Source: Octopus sinensis
Lineage: Eukaryota
DNA length: 64,000 bases
Assembly: GCF_006345805.1 (NCBI RefSeq)
Contig: NC_043019.1
Coordinates: 13,639,360 to 13,703,359, forward strand
Direction: 5' to 3'
Below the pieces are notes generated by a model, which saw nothing but the letters and a program-made list of their open reading frames with translations, ran no database searches and had not been told where the DNA came from. This document shows positions 12,870-26,013 of the stretch, in pieces. The position numbers and the translations under genes were made by a program. The first letter of the stretch is position 1. Each line of letters begins with the position of its first letter.

Positions 12870-14420
12870 ACACAAAACCATTCTTCTTCTTTTTCATTTT
12901 CTCCTTCATTAATTCTTTTTTTTCTTTCTTCTTACATTTTGCTTCAATTCTTTTTTTTCTTTAATTCTTCTTTCATTCTCCTTCAGTTCTTTTTCTTTAA
13001 TTCTTCATCTTCATCTTCTTCATTCTTCATTTTCTTCTTTTTCATTCTTCTTTAATTCTTCATCTTCATCTTCTTCTTCATTCTCCATCTTCTTTCTGTC
13101 TTCACTTCTTCCATTCTTCTCTTTCTTCTTCGTTCTTCTTCTTCTTCCATCTTTCTTCTTCTTCAATTCTTCTCCTGTTTAATTTTTCTTCTTCAATTCT
13201 TCTCTTTCTTTAATTTCTCATTTCCATCTTCTTTGTTCTTCTTCTTCATTGTTGTTCTTCTTCTTCATTCTTCATCTTCGTTCTTCTTCTTCCGTTCTCC
13301 TTCAGTTCTTTTCCTTCTTCATTACCTGCAGAATTCAAACACCACATCTGCCATGAACCATACGGTTGTGCTAACCACTACACCCAATCGATCGACAAAC
13401 TGGCAAATAGATAGAAAGAGAGAGAAAGAGAGAGGGCAGGAGAGAAAGAAGGCATGAGAAAGAGAGAGAGAGAGAGAGTGTGTGTGTATTTGAGTGTGCA
13501 AAGGAGACAGAGAAAGAATAACAGAAAAACAACAAAGAAAACGGAAAAAAAAAAAAAAAAAATGCCAAGCAATTTGAATCGGTCAATGTTTTATTAGTAA
13601 TTTTAGGAAGCTGGCTACAATGAGTGTGTCCACATTGAGATGCAGTATTTGGTCAAGGCTGTTCTGTCCGAGTTCCACCCTCCCCCTACACACACACACT
13701 TATGTGACCTGTTTAGCCCTTTTGCTTATGTTGAGCCAATCTACTTTGCAATCCTTTCCATTCAAACCTCTCTCTAGCACTTTGTAAGTTTTCTTTGCCA
13801 TTTCTTGTGACCGTTTTTCGCATTCTAAACATTAATGTGTAAAATTTTGTTTCACCAAATACACTTTATTCAAGTAATAATCCCCCCCCCCATTTTCTCT
13901 TCATCCTCTCTTCTCACATTAACCTTCTTGATCTGCTCTTTGCCTACACTAACAGCCTTTATTACTGCCTTTTCCTTCTTCTTCTTCAATTCTTCTTTTA
14001 CATTTCTTCTTCTTCATCTTTAATTCTTCTTCTTCGTCTTCTTTAATTCTTCTCCTTCTTTAATTCTTTTTTTTTCTTCTTCTTCTTCTTCAAATTTTCT
14101 TCTTTCATTCTTCATCATTCTTCTCTTTCTTTAATTCTTCTTCTTTCATTCGTCATCATTCTTCTCTTTCTTTAATTCTTCTTTTTCATTCTTCATCATT
14201 CTTCTCTTTCTTTAATTCTTCTTTCATTCTTCATCATTCTTCTCTTTCTTTAATTCTTCTTTCATTCTTCTCTTTCTTTAATTCTTCTTCTTTCATTCTT
14301 CATCATTCTTCTCTTTCTTCAATTCTTCTTCTTCTATTCTTTTCTTCTTCAATTCTTGTTCTTCTTCTATTCTTTTCTTCTTCAATTCTTGTTCTTCTAT
14401 TCTTCTTCTTCTTCTTCAAA
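12870..14420. repeat. two (TTC)-rich low-complexity tracts (12870-13320, 13975-14420) plus GA repeat
   Basis: Read directly. The unit TTCTTCATCATTCTTCTCTTTCTTTAATTCTT recurs around 14100-14320. Confidence 0.9.
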
Positions 14421-14754
14421 TCTTCTTCTATCTGCCAGCTCGCTGCCTTAAGACACCAGTTTCATAATTTATCATAATTAAACCACTCATCACATGACAC
14501 AAGGTCACCTCCCTCAATACCACCCCTGCTCTCTCTTTCTCATTCAACGGGTCTTTCTCTTGCAAGTGACATGGTGACCTCTCTGGTGCTGGTGTCACAT
14601 AAAAGCACTCAGTCTACTGGGGGTTCACATATGGAAAGGCGTCCGGCTGTAGAAACCATACTAAACCAAACACTTGAGCTTGGCACAGTTTTCTGACTTG
14701 CCAGCTTCTATCAAACCATCCATTCCATGCCAGAATAGAAACAGGGTGCTAAAT

Positions 14755-14779
14755 GATGATGATGATGACGATGACGACG

Positions 14780-14811
<32 letters not shown>

Positions 14812-15825
14812 TAGTGGTGGTGGCATCACCTTTTTCATTCTCATCTTTTTCATCTTCACCATCATCTTTTCAGCATTATCTTCCTCGTCTTTTCCAAAAT
14901 CACCATCAGTCATCATTTCATCATTTTCATCCATTCATCATCTTTTTCATCACATCATCATTTTCATTGTCATTCATCCCATCATCATTATCTTCATCAT
15001 CTTTTTCAAATTCACCATCATCATCATCATCGTCATTTTCTTTCTCATTCTCATCTTTTATATCTTCGCCATCATCTTCTTATCTTTTGGATCATTATCT
15101 TCATTTTCATCATCGTCATCATCATCATCATCATCACCATCATTCACTCCTGCCTTTTTTTCCCTGTACTTCATCTCATTCCTTTCTTTCTCCACCTCTT
15201 CCTTCTTTTTTCTTATCTTCTTCCTCTCCCACATTAACTTTCCCTAACTCTTTCTCTTTCACCTGGTACCCAGTTTTACAAATGCAGATCAAGAGAGAAA
15301 GAGAGAAGAGATAAGCGAGAGAGAGAGAAGAGGGAAAGAAAGAGAAGAAAGAAAGAGAAAAGAGACGCGAGAGAGAAGAGAGAAAGAGAGAGAAGAGAGA
15401 AAGAAAGAGAGAAGCGACAGAGAGAAGCGACAGAGAGAAGCGACAGAGAGAAGCGACAGAGAGAAGCGACAGAGAGAAGCGACAGAGAGAAGCGACAGAG
15501 AGATAAGAGAGAGAAGCGACAGGAGAGAAGAAAGAGAGAAAGAGAGAAGAGAAAAGAGAGAGTAAGAGAGAAATATAAGAAAGAGAAGAGAGAGAGACGA
15601 GAAAGAGAGAGAAGAGGAAATAGATGAAAGAGAGAGATAAGAGAGAAAGAAAGAAGATATAAGAAGAAAGAAAGAAAGAGAGAAAGAAAGAAAGAGAGAG
15701 AGAAAGAAAGAAAGAGAGAAAGAAAGAAAGAGAGAAAGAAAGAAAGAGAAGAGAGAAAGAGAAGAGAGAAGCGAGAGAAGAGAAGAGAGAAGCGAGAGAA
15801 GAGAAGAGAGAAGCGAGAGAAAGAG
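14755..15825. repeat. (CAT)n-derived tract followed by GA-rich tract with 13-bp GAGAAGCGACAGA units
   Basis: Read directly from the sequence. Confidence 0.9.
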
Positions 15826-16419
15826 AAAGCATAGTTGTTATAGAAGACTCGTTAATATTCCTGGAACGAAGCTGTGTTATTATAAAAGCCACATCCTATA
15901 GTATTGGATTAGATGTTGCTTCCGCTAAATAAACTGCATCATCATCATCATCATGTGGCAACATGATGGTTATTCAAGAGCAACATGTGGTTATTCTGTG
16001 AGAATGTCTGTCTCACCAGAAGACACACATTGTGGAATATGAACACGGAGGAACCATTCTGTACAAGCAGCCAAATGTGCATTTAACTAATGTGCACATT
16101 GAGCTTGTATGCACAGTCTTCTTATCTTTCACCGGTTGCAGTCATTGGATGGCAGCCATGCTGGGGCACTGCCTTGAAGGGTTTTAAGTCAAACAGATCA
16201 ATCCTGTTGCTTTGTTATGCTTTAAGTCTGCTACTTATTTTATCAGTCTCTTTTGCTGAACTGCTAAGAGTTATGGGAATGTAAATAAACCAGCATTGGT
16301 TGTCAGGAGGTGAGAGTGAGAAATACAAACATGTCCTCTCTCCTCTCTCTCTATCTATATATATATATATATATATATTATATTACATATATATATATAA
16401 TATATATATATTATATACA

Positions 16420-16477
<58 letters not shown>

Positions 16478-16507
16478 ATATACATATATTATATATATAT
16501 TATATAC

Positions 16508-16613
<106 letters not shown>

Positions 16614-16657
16614 TATATTTCCACTTGCTCTTCTTATATATACATATATATATATAT

Positions 16658-16995
16658 CATCATCATCGCTTAACGTCCGCTTTCCATGCTGGCATAGGTT
16701 GGATGGTTTGACTGGGGACTAGTGAGCCAGATGGCTCCAACAGGCTCCAATCTGATCTGGCAGAGTTTCTACAGCTGGATGCCCTTCCTAACGCCAACCA
16801 CTCTGAGAGTGTAGTGGATGCTTTTTACGTGCCACCGGCACGAGGGCTGGTTAGGCAGTACTGGCAACGGCCACACTCAAATGGTGTTTTTACGTGTCAC
16901 CTTCACAGGCGCCAGTCCAGTGGCACTGGCAACGCCCTCGCTCGAATGTTGTTTTTCTTGTACCACCGACACAAGTGCCAGTAAGGTGATGCTAC
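16658..16995 (-). mobile_element. family C retroposon
   Basis: CATCATCATCGCTTAACGTCCGCTTTCCATGCTGGC...CAGCTGGATGCCCTTCCTAACGCCAACCACTC. Confidence 0.85.
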
Positions 16996-17019
16996 ACACA
17001 CACAAACACACACATATAT

Positions 17020-17165
17020 ACCTTCGAAACGCGTAGATGAAACAGGGACAACTGATGAAGGGGAATATTCTTTATGTTGTATGTCTCGTTTCTATGTTTT
17101 GTTTTGCTTTTATGTTTTCGTTTCTCATTGTGTTCAACGTTTTTTTGATGTCCTGTACCCATATA
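17020..17165 (+). mobile_element. short Penelope-like repeat with split hammerhead-like motif
   Basis: CCTTC GAAAC GCGT A GATGAAACAGGGACAA CTGATGA A GGGG, embedded between TA/CA repeats. Confidence 0.55.
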
Positions 17166-18473
17166 TGCATGTATATATACATATAGATGTAGGTACGTAC
17201 ATATATGTATGCATATATGCATATATTTTATATATCATTTATATTATATATATATATATTGATTGACATATATATGTATGTATAGACATACATATATGTA
17301 TGTATATATATATGGATATATATATATATTATTTATATCATAGATACATATTAATAGACATATATATATATATATACAGGCATACATATATGTATATATG
17401 CATATATTTATATATTATTTATATTATATATATTGATAGACACATATATATATTATATATGTATATATATATATACGCACATACATCATGTATGTATATA
17501 TGCATATATATATATATATACATATATATTTATATATAGACTACATACTATATGTATTAATATGCATATATATATATATAACATATATATGTTATATATA
17601 GACATACATATATGTATGTTTATATGCATATATTTATTATTTATATTAATATAATATATATATATATATATATATATAGACATACACCCATACAATAGAA
17701 ACATGCTCAAGAAACACAACACGAAAACCAACCAACCAACCTACCTACCAACCTACCAACCAACCTACCTACCTACCAACCAACCAGCCTACCTACCAAC
17801 CAACCAACCAGCCAACCAGGAGCAGAAAAGAAACAGGTTTAAAACTTGACATGTAACTAACCAAACAATGGAAATAACAAAAGAAATAAAAGAAGAAACA
17901 AAACAAAACAAAAAAAGAAGCCTTTGAAAGGAAACAAGAAATCCGATGAAGAGCATTTGTATTCAGCAGAAACTACAAAGCCAAACCATTAAAACACTAA
18001 ACAAAGTAATTAGCAGTTACTAAAGACCATACTCAACCCCGCCACTGCATTCCAATATTTAATTAATTTTAATTAATTAAATATTTCTCGGTGTATTACA
18101 TCGAGAATGTTAACACCCACTTCGGTTAAACAGCTTCGGCAACATGTTACATGCAACAATAACATTATTGTACAAGGCCTGACGTTGAAGCTAAGCTGCC
18201 ATGTGACTGACCAATCGACCTGCTTGAAATAGCAGCCAAAATTTCCTCATTTAACACAATGGTTTTTCAACCCGGGCCCAGCAAGTTCTCTAGCTGGTTG
18301 CCTCCAGGGTGGATGCAATATTACCGATAATGGCATGAAATTGCGCTTGGCGCCTTGGTCAATAACTGATGAGGAATTTGTGACCTTCTGCGTTTGTTCT
18401 CCGTTCGTCTATGCATTCAGTGCCTTTAGTATGTTTTTCCGTCTGTTTATTACTATGTCTGTTTGACTTTTGA

Positions 18474-18513
<40 letters not shown>

Positions 18514-18874
18514 CACGAGTACTTGACGACTGGTGTTGGTGTGTTTATGTCCCCATAACTTAGTGGTCCAGTAAAAAAGACCCATAAAGTGAGTACCAGG
18601 TTTTACAAAAAAATAAGTACTGGGGTTGATTCATTTGCATAAAATTCTTCAAGGTGGTGCCCCAGCATGGCCACAGTCTAATGACTGAAACAAGAAAAAA
18701 TTTTTAAAAAAACAGTGATGCCAATTCAAAACCAACATTGCCAATGATAGGAAGTAGAAAAGACATTCCAGAGTCAAGAACAGCAAAGAAAAATTGTCAA
18801 TGACCAATATTCTAGCATGAGCAAAAGGCCTAAGAAAGTATTTGACCCGTTGTAGTCCGTCAAAGTCTGTCAAA

Positions 18875-19273
18875 TCTCTCTCTATATAAAGCTGAAGTTA
18901 TCTGTGTATGGCAGGTTTGGTAGCCTTCAACTAACACTATCTCCTCCGAGAATCTATGGCGCAAGTTGACCAAAATTGAGAGTATGATAGAAGAAGGCTT
19001 GCTCTTCATTCTGTAGAAGAAAAAATTCAAATCGGACCATGTTAAGACCAAAAATTATTTACATCAAAAAGGTGCTTTTTTTTCTATGAAAATCCCTATT
19101 TTTTACGATTTTTTGACTGCTGTGTCGCCATTCCTCGGTGTATTTCAATCAGAAAAATGTTCACTTAAAGAGAATAACAAGCTACATAATGCAAAAGTTT
19201 TACTTTTCAAAAATTCCAATTCTAAAGGGTCGAAAAGAAAACAAACCCGAGCAACGCCGGTCGATACTGCTAG
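18875..19273 (+). mobile_element. non-autonomous Helitron, copy 1
   Basis: 5' TC start (TCTCTCTCTATATAAA) after an A, 3' GC hairpin CCCGAGCAACGCCGG, terminal CTAG followed by T, no TSD. Near-identical to 21582-21967 and 57556-57946. Confidence 0.85.
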
Positions 19274-19309
19274 TATTTTTATCAACCTTCTTCTAGACTA
19301 ATTTACCAT

Positions 19310-19843
19310 TAGTGATCCCTCGTTTATCGCAGTAGATTGGTTCTGAAATCGGACGCGATAACTGAATTTCCGTGAAGTAAGGACACCATATTTACAGTAT
19401 TTATTTAACGTGTATTTGGACTTTAAAAACCCTCCCTGTACTGTTAACAACCCACCCATTACAGTAGTGTATTAATAACAAGGACAAATGTTAAGCAATA
19501 ACACTTTAGATTTTAAAAAATAAAGATTGTTACTGTACTCAACACGAAAGAAGTTGAAGTCAAATTTGAATGATGATGGTGATGAATTTGCTGTGCAGTA
19601 GAAATGATGATGATGAAGCTGACAGTGGTGCCAATCACAGCCCGTCTTAAGTTCAAATACCCCTGTATATGCTTTTTGCTATTTTATGCTTGTTTTGTTG
19701 TTCCTAGACTAGGAAATAATATTTATTATTAATATTTTAATGGATTTAATGAAAAATTTTAGGTGCTCATATATATATATATTTAAAATCCGCGAAGTCG
19801 TGGATCCGCGATAGTTGAACCGTGAAGTAGCGAGGGATCACTA
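19310..19843. mobile_element. Tc1/mariner-superfamily (Tigger/pogo-like) MITE
   Basis: Perfect 13-bp TIR TAGTGATCCCTCG / CGAGGGATCACTA at a TA site, with subterminal CCGCGATAGTTGAACCG typical of Tigger-like non-autonomous elements. Confidence 0.8.
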
Positions 19844-20684
19844 TAGTAGTTCGTCAAATAAAGACAATTTTACCAGCAGTGGTTCGTCACGTAAAATACA
19901 CTTTTGTAAAACTTACTTATTGTATTCTGCTATTGGTGGTTTAATCCAGTAAATACAGTTTTAGAAATTTTATTTAATTTGGTCTCAGCTGGTCCATCAG
20001 ATAAAGACGGTTTTTGTCAACACTTTCTCTTAATTTATCAATAGCAATTCGTCAAATAAATACGGCTTTGTAAAGCTTGTTTTCTTTACCACCAGTAGTT
20101 TGTCAGATAAGAAAAAAGAAACGTTTTCATGGCATTGTCTATTCTGACTTATGACAAATAGTTCGTCAAATAAATAGGGTTTGTCAACATTTTCTGTCCT
20201 AATTTACAACTAATTTTTCATCCGTGGTCTGTTCAATAAAGACAGTTTTTGTCACCATTGTTTATTTTAATTTACTGCCAGTTATTCACCAAATAAATAC
20301 GAGTTTTGTAAAACTTGTTTTTTATGACCAGCGATTTGTCAACTAAATATGGCTTTGTCGACATCGTTTGTCATAATTTATGGCCAATTGTTGATCCAAT
20401 AAAGATAGTTTCGTTGACATTGTCTATCCTAATATTTCACCAAATAAATATGGTTTTGCAAAGTTGGTTTATCCTGTTTTACCTTCGATGGTTTATCAAG
20501 TAAGCATGATTATATAAATTTTGTTTGGCCAATTTCACCAGCAATGGTCTGTCAAATAAATGTTGTTTTCTCGATGCCTTGTTTATCATAATTTCCCAAA
20601 AGGTAAATAAAGCTTTTGTTTTGCTTTTTTACTTTTTACAGAGGTTCCTCAAATAAACACAGTTTTGTAGACATTTACAACAAA

Positions 20685-22660
20685 TTGTTCGTTAAATACA
20701 GTTTGTAGATTTGATTTATACTAATTTACCATCAGTAGTTTGTCAAATAAACACAGTTTTGTAGACATCAATAGAATCGGGGATGAAATTAGACTTAGAC
20801 GCTGGAACTGAATTGACACTTCCTCAGACAAGAGGAAGCGATTGAATGATGGCATTCAAGAGGAAGCCTGAAAGAGCTGGGTTCCCTAAAACCATATGGC
20901 AAAAGACCATTGACGAGAAGGGTGGAGAAACTAGAATGAAAGCAGAGCTGGCTGGAGAGATTGTGTTGTGGCCTTTTGTACCTCATATTCATGGAATGGA
21001 GAAAACTGATGAATCTCTTCCGATTTACAGTCAATTGCTCGTTAAATAAATACGGTTTCATGAACCTGATTTATATTATTTTATCATCAGTATTTCGTAA
21101 AATAAACACAGGTTTTGTTGACAGGAACAGGATCGGTGACGAAATAAGATGCCGACACTGGAACTGGTTCAAACACGGCCTCAGAAAAGATCAAGGAAGT
21201 GATTTAATGTTGGCCTGAGAGAAAAAGAACAGAAGGGTGCCTTAAAACCACATGGTGAAAGACCATTGACAAGGAAAGGAGACGAGAAGAGTGGAGAAAG
21301 TAGAATGAGACCAGAACAGTGGCAGAAAGCAGAACTGGTTGGAGAGATCGGGTTGTGACTTTATATGTTTCATGGTATGGAGAGAGCTTATGAACTCACA
21401 AACGAACCTATTTTCATTTACAAGCAGTTGTTCGTTAGATAAATACAGTTTTGTAAATCTGATTAATACTAATTTATCATTAGTGTTTGTCAAATAAACA
21501 CAGGTTTTACAGACATCAACAGGATCGGTGACGAAATAAAATATAAACTCTGGAACTGTTTTGACACGTCCTTGGACAAGACTAGCAGTATCGCATGGCG
21601 TTGCTCGGGTTTGTTTCGACCCTTTAGAATTGAAATTTTTGAAAAGTAAAAATTCTGCATTATGTAGCTTGTTATTCTCTTTAAGGGAACGTTTTTCTGG
21701 TTGAAATACATCGAAAAATGGCGACACAGCAGTCAAAAAATCGTAAAAAGTAGGGATTTTCATAGAAAAAAAGCACCTATTTGATGTAAATAATTTTTGG
21801 TGTTAACATGGTATGATTTGAATTTTTTCTACGGAAGGAAGAGCAAGCCTTCTATCATATTCTCAATTTTGGTCAACTTGCGCCGCAGGGTCTCGGAGGA
21901 GATAGTGTTAGTTGAAGGCTACCAAACCTGTCACACACAGGCAACTTCAGCTTTATATAGAGAGAGATTGAGAAAGTAATTGAATCGTAACAGTAAAGTG
22001 ACAGCCTGAAAGGACCCTAACACCACATGGCAAAGGACCATTGACCAAGAAAGGAGACGAGAAGGGAGAGAACGGTGGCAGAAAACCGCTGGTCGGAGAG
22101 ATTGTGTTGCGGTCTCATGTTCCTCATGGCATGGAGAGAACTAACTAACGAGCGTATTCTGATTGACAACCAAATTGTTCATTAGATAAATACAGTTTCG
22201 TGAACCCAATATATACTTATATGCCATGAATGGTTCATCAAATAAATCCAGATTTTGTTAGCATCAACAGGATCGGTAATGGAATAAAATGCGGACATTG
22301 AAACTGGATCAGACACGTCCTCAGACAAGATCAAGAAAGTGATTGAGTGTTAGCATTCAAGTGGAAGCCTGAGTGGGGAAAAGAACAGTTGGGTACCCTA
22401 AAACCACATGGCAAAGGCCTATTGACAAAGAAAAGCGACACGAAGCGTGGAGTGGCTGGAATTTGACCAGAACAATGACAGAAAACAGAGCTGGTTGGAT
22501 AGATCGTGTTGCGGTGTTACGTTCCTTGTGGCACGGAGAGAACAAACAAACGAAACCTTTCTGATTTACAACCAAATTGTTCCTTAAATAAATACAGTTT
22601 TATGAACCTAATTTTTACTAATTTATCATCAGTGGTTCGTCAAATAAACACAGGTTTTTC
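20685..22660 (+). repeat. tandem array of four RTE-clade LINE 3'-end fragments with AT-rich linkers
   Basis: Unit starts at 20685, 21035, 21428, 22175 and 22577 (partial). Decayed translation, e.g. NWIRHVLRQDQESD*VLAFKWKPE-GKRTVGYPKTTWQRPIDKE...WSGWNLTRTMTENRAGWIDRVAVLRSLWHGEN, matches the RTE ORF C-terminus pattern (WIGHVLR...W.PEGKR..GRPKTTWRR...DR..W). Confidence 0.8.
21582..21967 (-). mobile_element. non-autonomous Helitron, copy 2
   Basis: Same ends as copy 1. It is inserted between GACAAGA and TTGAGAAAGT inside RTE unit 3. Confidence 0.88.
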
Positions 22661-23250
22661 TAAACTTTGTTTCCCCAACTTTTTTCCCTCATCCATCACT
22701 CCTTTTACAAACCGTTTCTTACAACCTTCACTCAAACACCAAACTACAGAATCCAAGCTTCCAAGCCAAACCCAGAAATCACACAAAACAAATCGATATT
22801 TCACAATTAAATTTAAAGATTTCTAAGTTAATCAATCAATCTAACACTTAAAACCATATTATTTTTATTGATCTCTTCTGTATTTTGCATATATATCCTT
22901 TCCTTTATCCTTTCATCTTGCACCTTTTTTTTTGCCTTGTTTTCTTTCAGTATTGCTGTATTTCTTTTTTTTTTGCGGAAATGCGTTTACCATTATTATT
23001 ATTATTGTTGTTGTTGTTATTTATAACTGTTGTTCTCATTGGAAGGTTTGTTGACCCTTCGGGGTGGCAACTGCATTAACGTCAAGAAAATCTTACATTC
23101 CTTATATTCTATATTGTGTGAAAAATTGATTTCAATTTTCTTCTCTGTTTGGGGGGAAAAAAAAGGAAAAGGGGGGGGGGGAGAAAGGAAAGACCAGATG
23201 AAGTGTGCGCACGCATGCTTGTGTGTACACAAACATATATACCACACAAG

Positions 23251-23288
<38 letters not shown>

Positions 23289-23493
23289 CCTAATATATAT
23301 ACATCCAAACAAGTGCAGGCAGGCATATAAACAGAAATGTGTACATGCATACATACACGCAATGCCACACCCATATAAATTACATAGACACATACAAAAG
23401 CCACTCATAAGCACACACATACACACACAATATATATAAATATATATACATATGCACACACATCCATATACACAAACAAACAGGAACATATAA

Positions 23494-23531
<38 letters not shown>

Positions 23532-23550
23532 TTACATTATACATACACAT

Positions 23551-23592
<42 letters not shown>

Positions 23593-23632
23593 CACACACA
23601 CCAATTTTCACACCTGTGAATAAATACTGGTG

Positions 23633-23663
<31 letters not shown>

Positions 23664-24142
23664 CTCCATTCATATATATAATTATACACACATATACATA
23701 TATCTATACACACATACATTCAAACACATCCATACACACATACACACACCTATAAATTCATACACAAACACACACGCCTGCACGCATATATACACACATG
23801 TACACTTATAGAAGGACGGAGCAAGAGAAGGAAATCAAAGCCACCCAGTGTAATCGCTTCTCTCTCAACAGAGATCAATATATTTGTTCTCGTGAAAAAG
23901 AATAAGGTCACCATTTTCTCTTCACAGTTTCCTGGCCTCAATTCAACATTTCCTTTTCTCTCCTAATTCTGGAAGATTCTTCTAGAAATTTCTGCCCACA
24001 ACAACAAAACTAGATTCCACATCATTTTAATCTCTTCCAGTTAATCCTTTTTACGGTTACTTATTTCAGTCATTGGTATGCGATCATGCTGGAGCACCAT
24101 TTTGAAGTATTTTAGCAGCACAGTTTGACCCCAGGCTCATAC

Positions 24143-24764
24143 TTACTCTTTGAATCTTTTGCTTGTTTCAGTCATTTGACTGTGGCCACGCTGGAGCACC
24201 GCCTTTAGTCGAGCAAATCGACCCCAGGACTTATTCTTTGTAAGCCTAGTACTTATTCTATCAGACTCTTTTGCTGAACCACTAAGTTAAAGGGATGTAA
24301 ACACACCACCGTCGGTTGTCAAGCGATGTTGGGAGGGACAAACACAGACACACAAACTTATACACACACACACACACACACACATACGCCATGATAGACT
24401 GTTAGCTCCTACACGCATTTTTTCTCTCCTTTCTTTTCTGTGTAACTTTCTGTTGAAGAGCGTAGGCTCGAAACGTAAAAGACTTGTTCTATTTCTATTC
24501 CTGAGTGCCATACTAATACATTTGTTTGTTTGTACTCTACCTGCCTTCGACTTTTGTTTATTTTCGTAAACCTTCCCATTGTATATATATATATATATAT
24601 ACGACGGGTTTCTTTCAGTTTCCGTCTACCAAATCCACTCACAAGGCTTTGGTCGGCCCGAGGCTATAGTAGAAGACACATGCCTAAGGAGCCACGCAGT
24701 GGGACTGAACCCGGAACTATGTGGTTGGTAAGAAAGCTACTTACCACACAGCCACTCCTACGCC
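24143..24764 (-). mobile_element. family A SINE interrupted by a Penelope-like insert
   Basis: 3' half at 24143-24345 and 5' half at 24600-24764. The insert sits in the central microsatellite. Confidence 0.85.
24446..24481 (+). ncRNA. minimal type I hammerhead ribozyme motif with one core substitution
   Basis: CTTT CTGTTGA A GAGC GTAG GCTC GAAAC GTA AAAG: stem I CTTT/AAAG, stem II GAGC/GCTC, palindromic ACGT stem III, GUA site. The core is CTGTTGA instead of CTGATGA. Confidence 0.65.
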
Positions 24765-24975
24765 TGTTTAATTGATCTCTTTTGCCAAGCCACTAATCAT
24801 CAACATTTAATTTTGGGGCAGGGTCAGAGATGGAGTGGGTGAAGTGGGGGTGCAAATTCAAAATCTGCAACCCCATTTTTCTCAGGTTTAGAAAACCCGT
24901 GTAAAGATTAATCCGTAAAATGTAGCTTCAAGTTAGGTTTCTTCTCAAAGAAGATGTATAAGTAAAACATGTATA

Positions 24976-25407
24976 GGCGCAGGAGTGGCTGTGTGGTAAG
25001 TAGCTTGCTTACCAACCACATGGTTCTGGGTTCAATCCCACTGCGTGGCACCTTGGGCAAGTGTCTTCTGCTATAGCCTCGGGCTGACCAATGCCTTGTG
25101 AGTGGATTTGGTAGACGGAAACTGAAAGAAGCCTGTCATATATATGTATATATATATGTATATATATATGTATATATATATGTATATGTGTGTATGTTTG
25201 TGTGTCTGTGTTTGTTCCCCTAGCATTGCTTGACAACCGATGCTGGTGTGTTTACGTCCCCGTAACTTAGCGGTTCAGCAAAAGAGACCGATAGAATAAG
25301 TACTGGGCTTACAAAAGAATAAGTCCTTGGGGTCGATTTGCTCGACTAAAGGCGGTGCTCCAGCATGGCCGCAATCAAATGACTGAAACAAGTAAAAGAG
25401 TAAAGAG
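24976..25407 (+). mobile_element. family A SINE, full length
   Basis: GGCGCAGGAGTGGCTGTGTGGTAAG head through the AAGTAAAAGAGTAAAGAG tail. Confidence 0.92.
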
Positions 25408-25639
25408 ATAATAAAACGTATAAATAAATACCAGTGATACACTGGGGGTCAATGTAATCAATTAGTTCCCTCCCACACATTTCAGGCCTTGTGTCTATAG
25501 TAGAAAGGATTATTATGTTGTTGTTGTTGTTGTTGTTGTTAAGACAGTGAACTTTACAAGAATTGTTATAAGTGGCACAAGAAAAAAAAAAAAAAGAAAA
25601 ACCACTTTGCAATATTTATTCTGGTTCTTCACACTGTCA

Positions 25640-25976
25640 TCAAAAATCATCACCACCACCACCACCATCACCATCATCATCATCATCAATATAATCATCG
25701 TTGACGTCACTATCAATGTAATCATCATCATCATCATCGTTGTCGTGACTTTTTTTCACAATAAATTATCGATCCAAGTGCGTTGCATTTTGAGGTTATC
25801 TCCCGTCTTTCCTTGAAGCAAAATATGCACACACACACACACACACACACACACCACACACACACACACACACACGTGGATGCATACACACACATTAGCA
25901 CCACCTCACCTGTCACCACCAACTTCCTTATTGTCACAAATAAATACCATCATTGCTATTATTATTATTGTTATTA

Positions 25977-26013
<37 letters not shown>

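Larger units (their letters stand above)
18860..20760. repeat. degenerate ~55-bp minisatellite (core GTTCGTCAAATAAATACGGTTTTGT...TAATTTACCA)
   Basis: The TCAAATAAA-like core recurs roughly every 50-65 bp from 19851 to 20740. The first unit is interrupted by the Helitron and by a MITE. Confidence 0.8.

Noticed and set aside
13329-13402. 74-nt minus-strand exon candidate (FVDRLGVVVSTTVWFMADVVFEFC)
   Set aside because: The sequence looks like a degenerate tRNA-SINE head (TGTAGTGGTTAG...GTTTGAATTC), and the pyrimidine tract comes from a GA microsatellite.
17730-17820. (CAAC/CTAC)n as telomeric repeat
   Set aside because: It is a short mixed tetranucleotide microsatellite, not TTAGGG.
18290-18330. 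WLPPGWMQYYR resembling a WW domain
   Set aside because: An immediate stop codon follows and the second half of the domain is absent.
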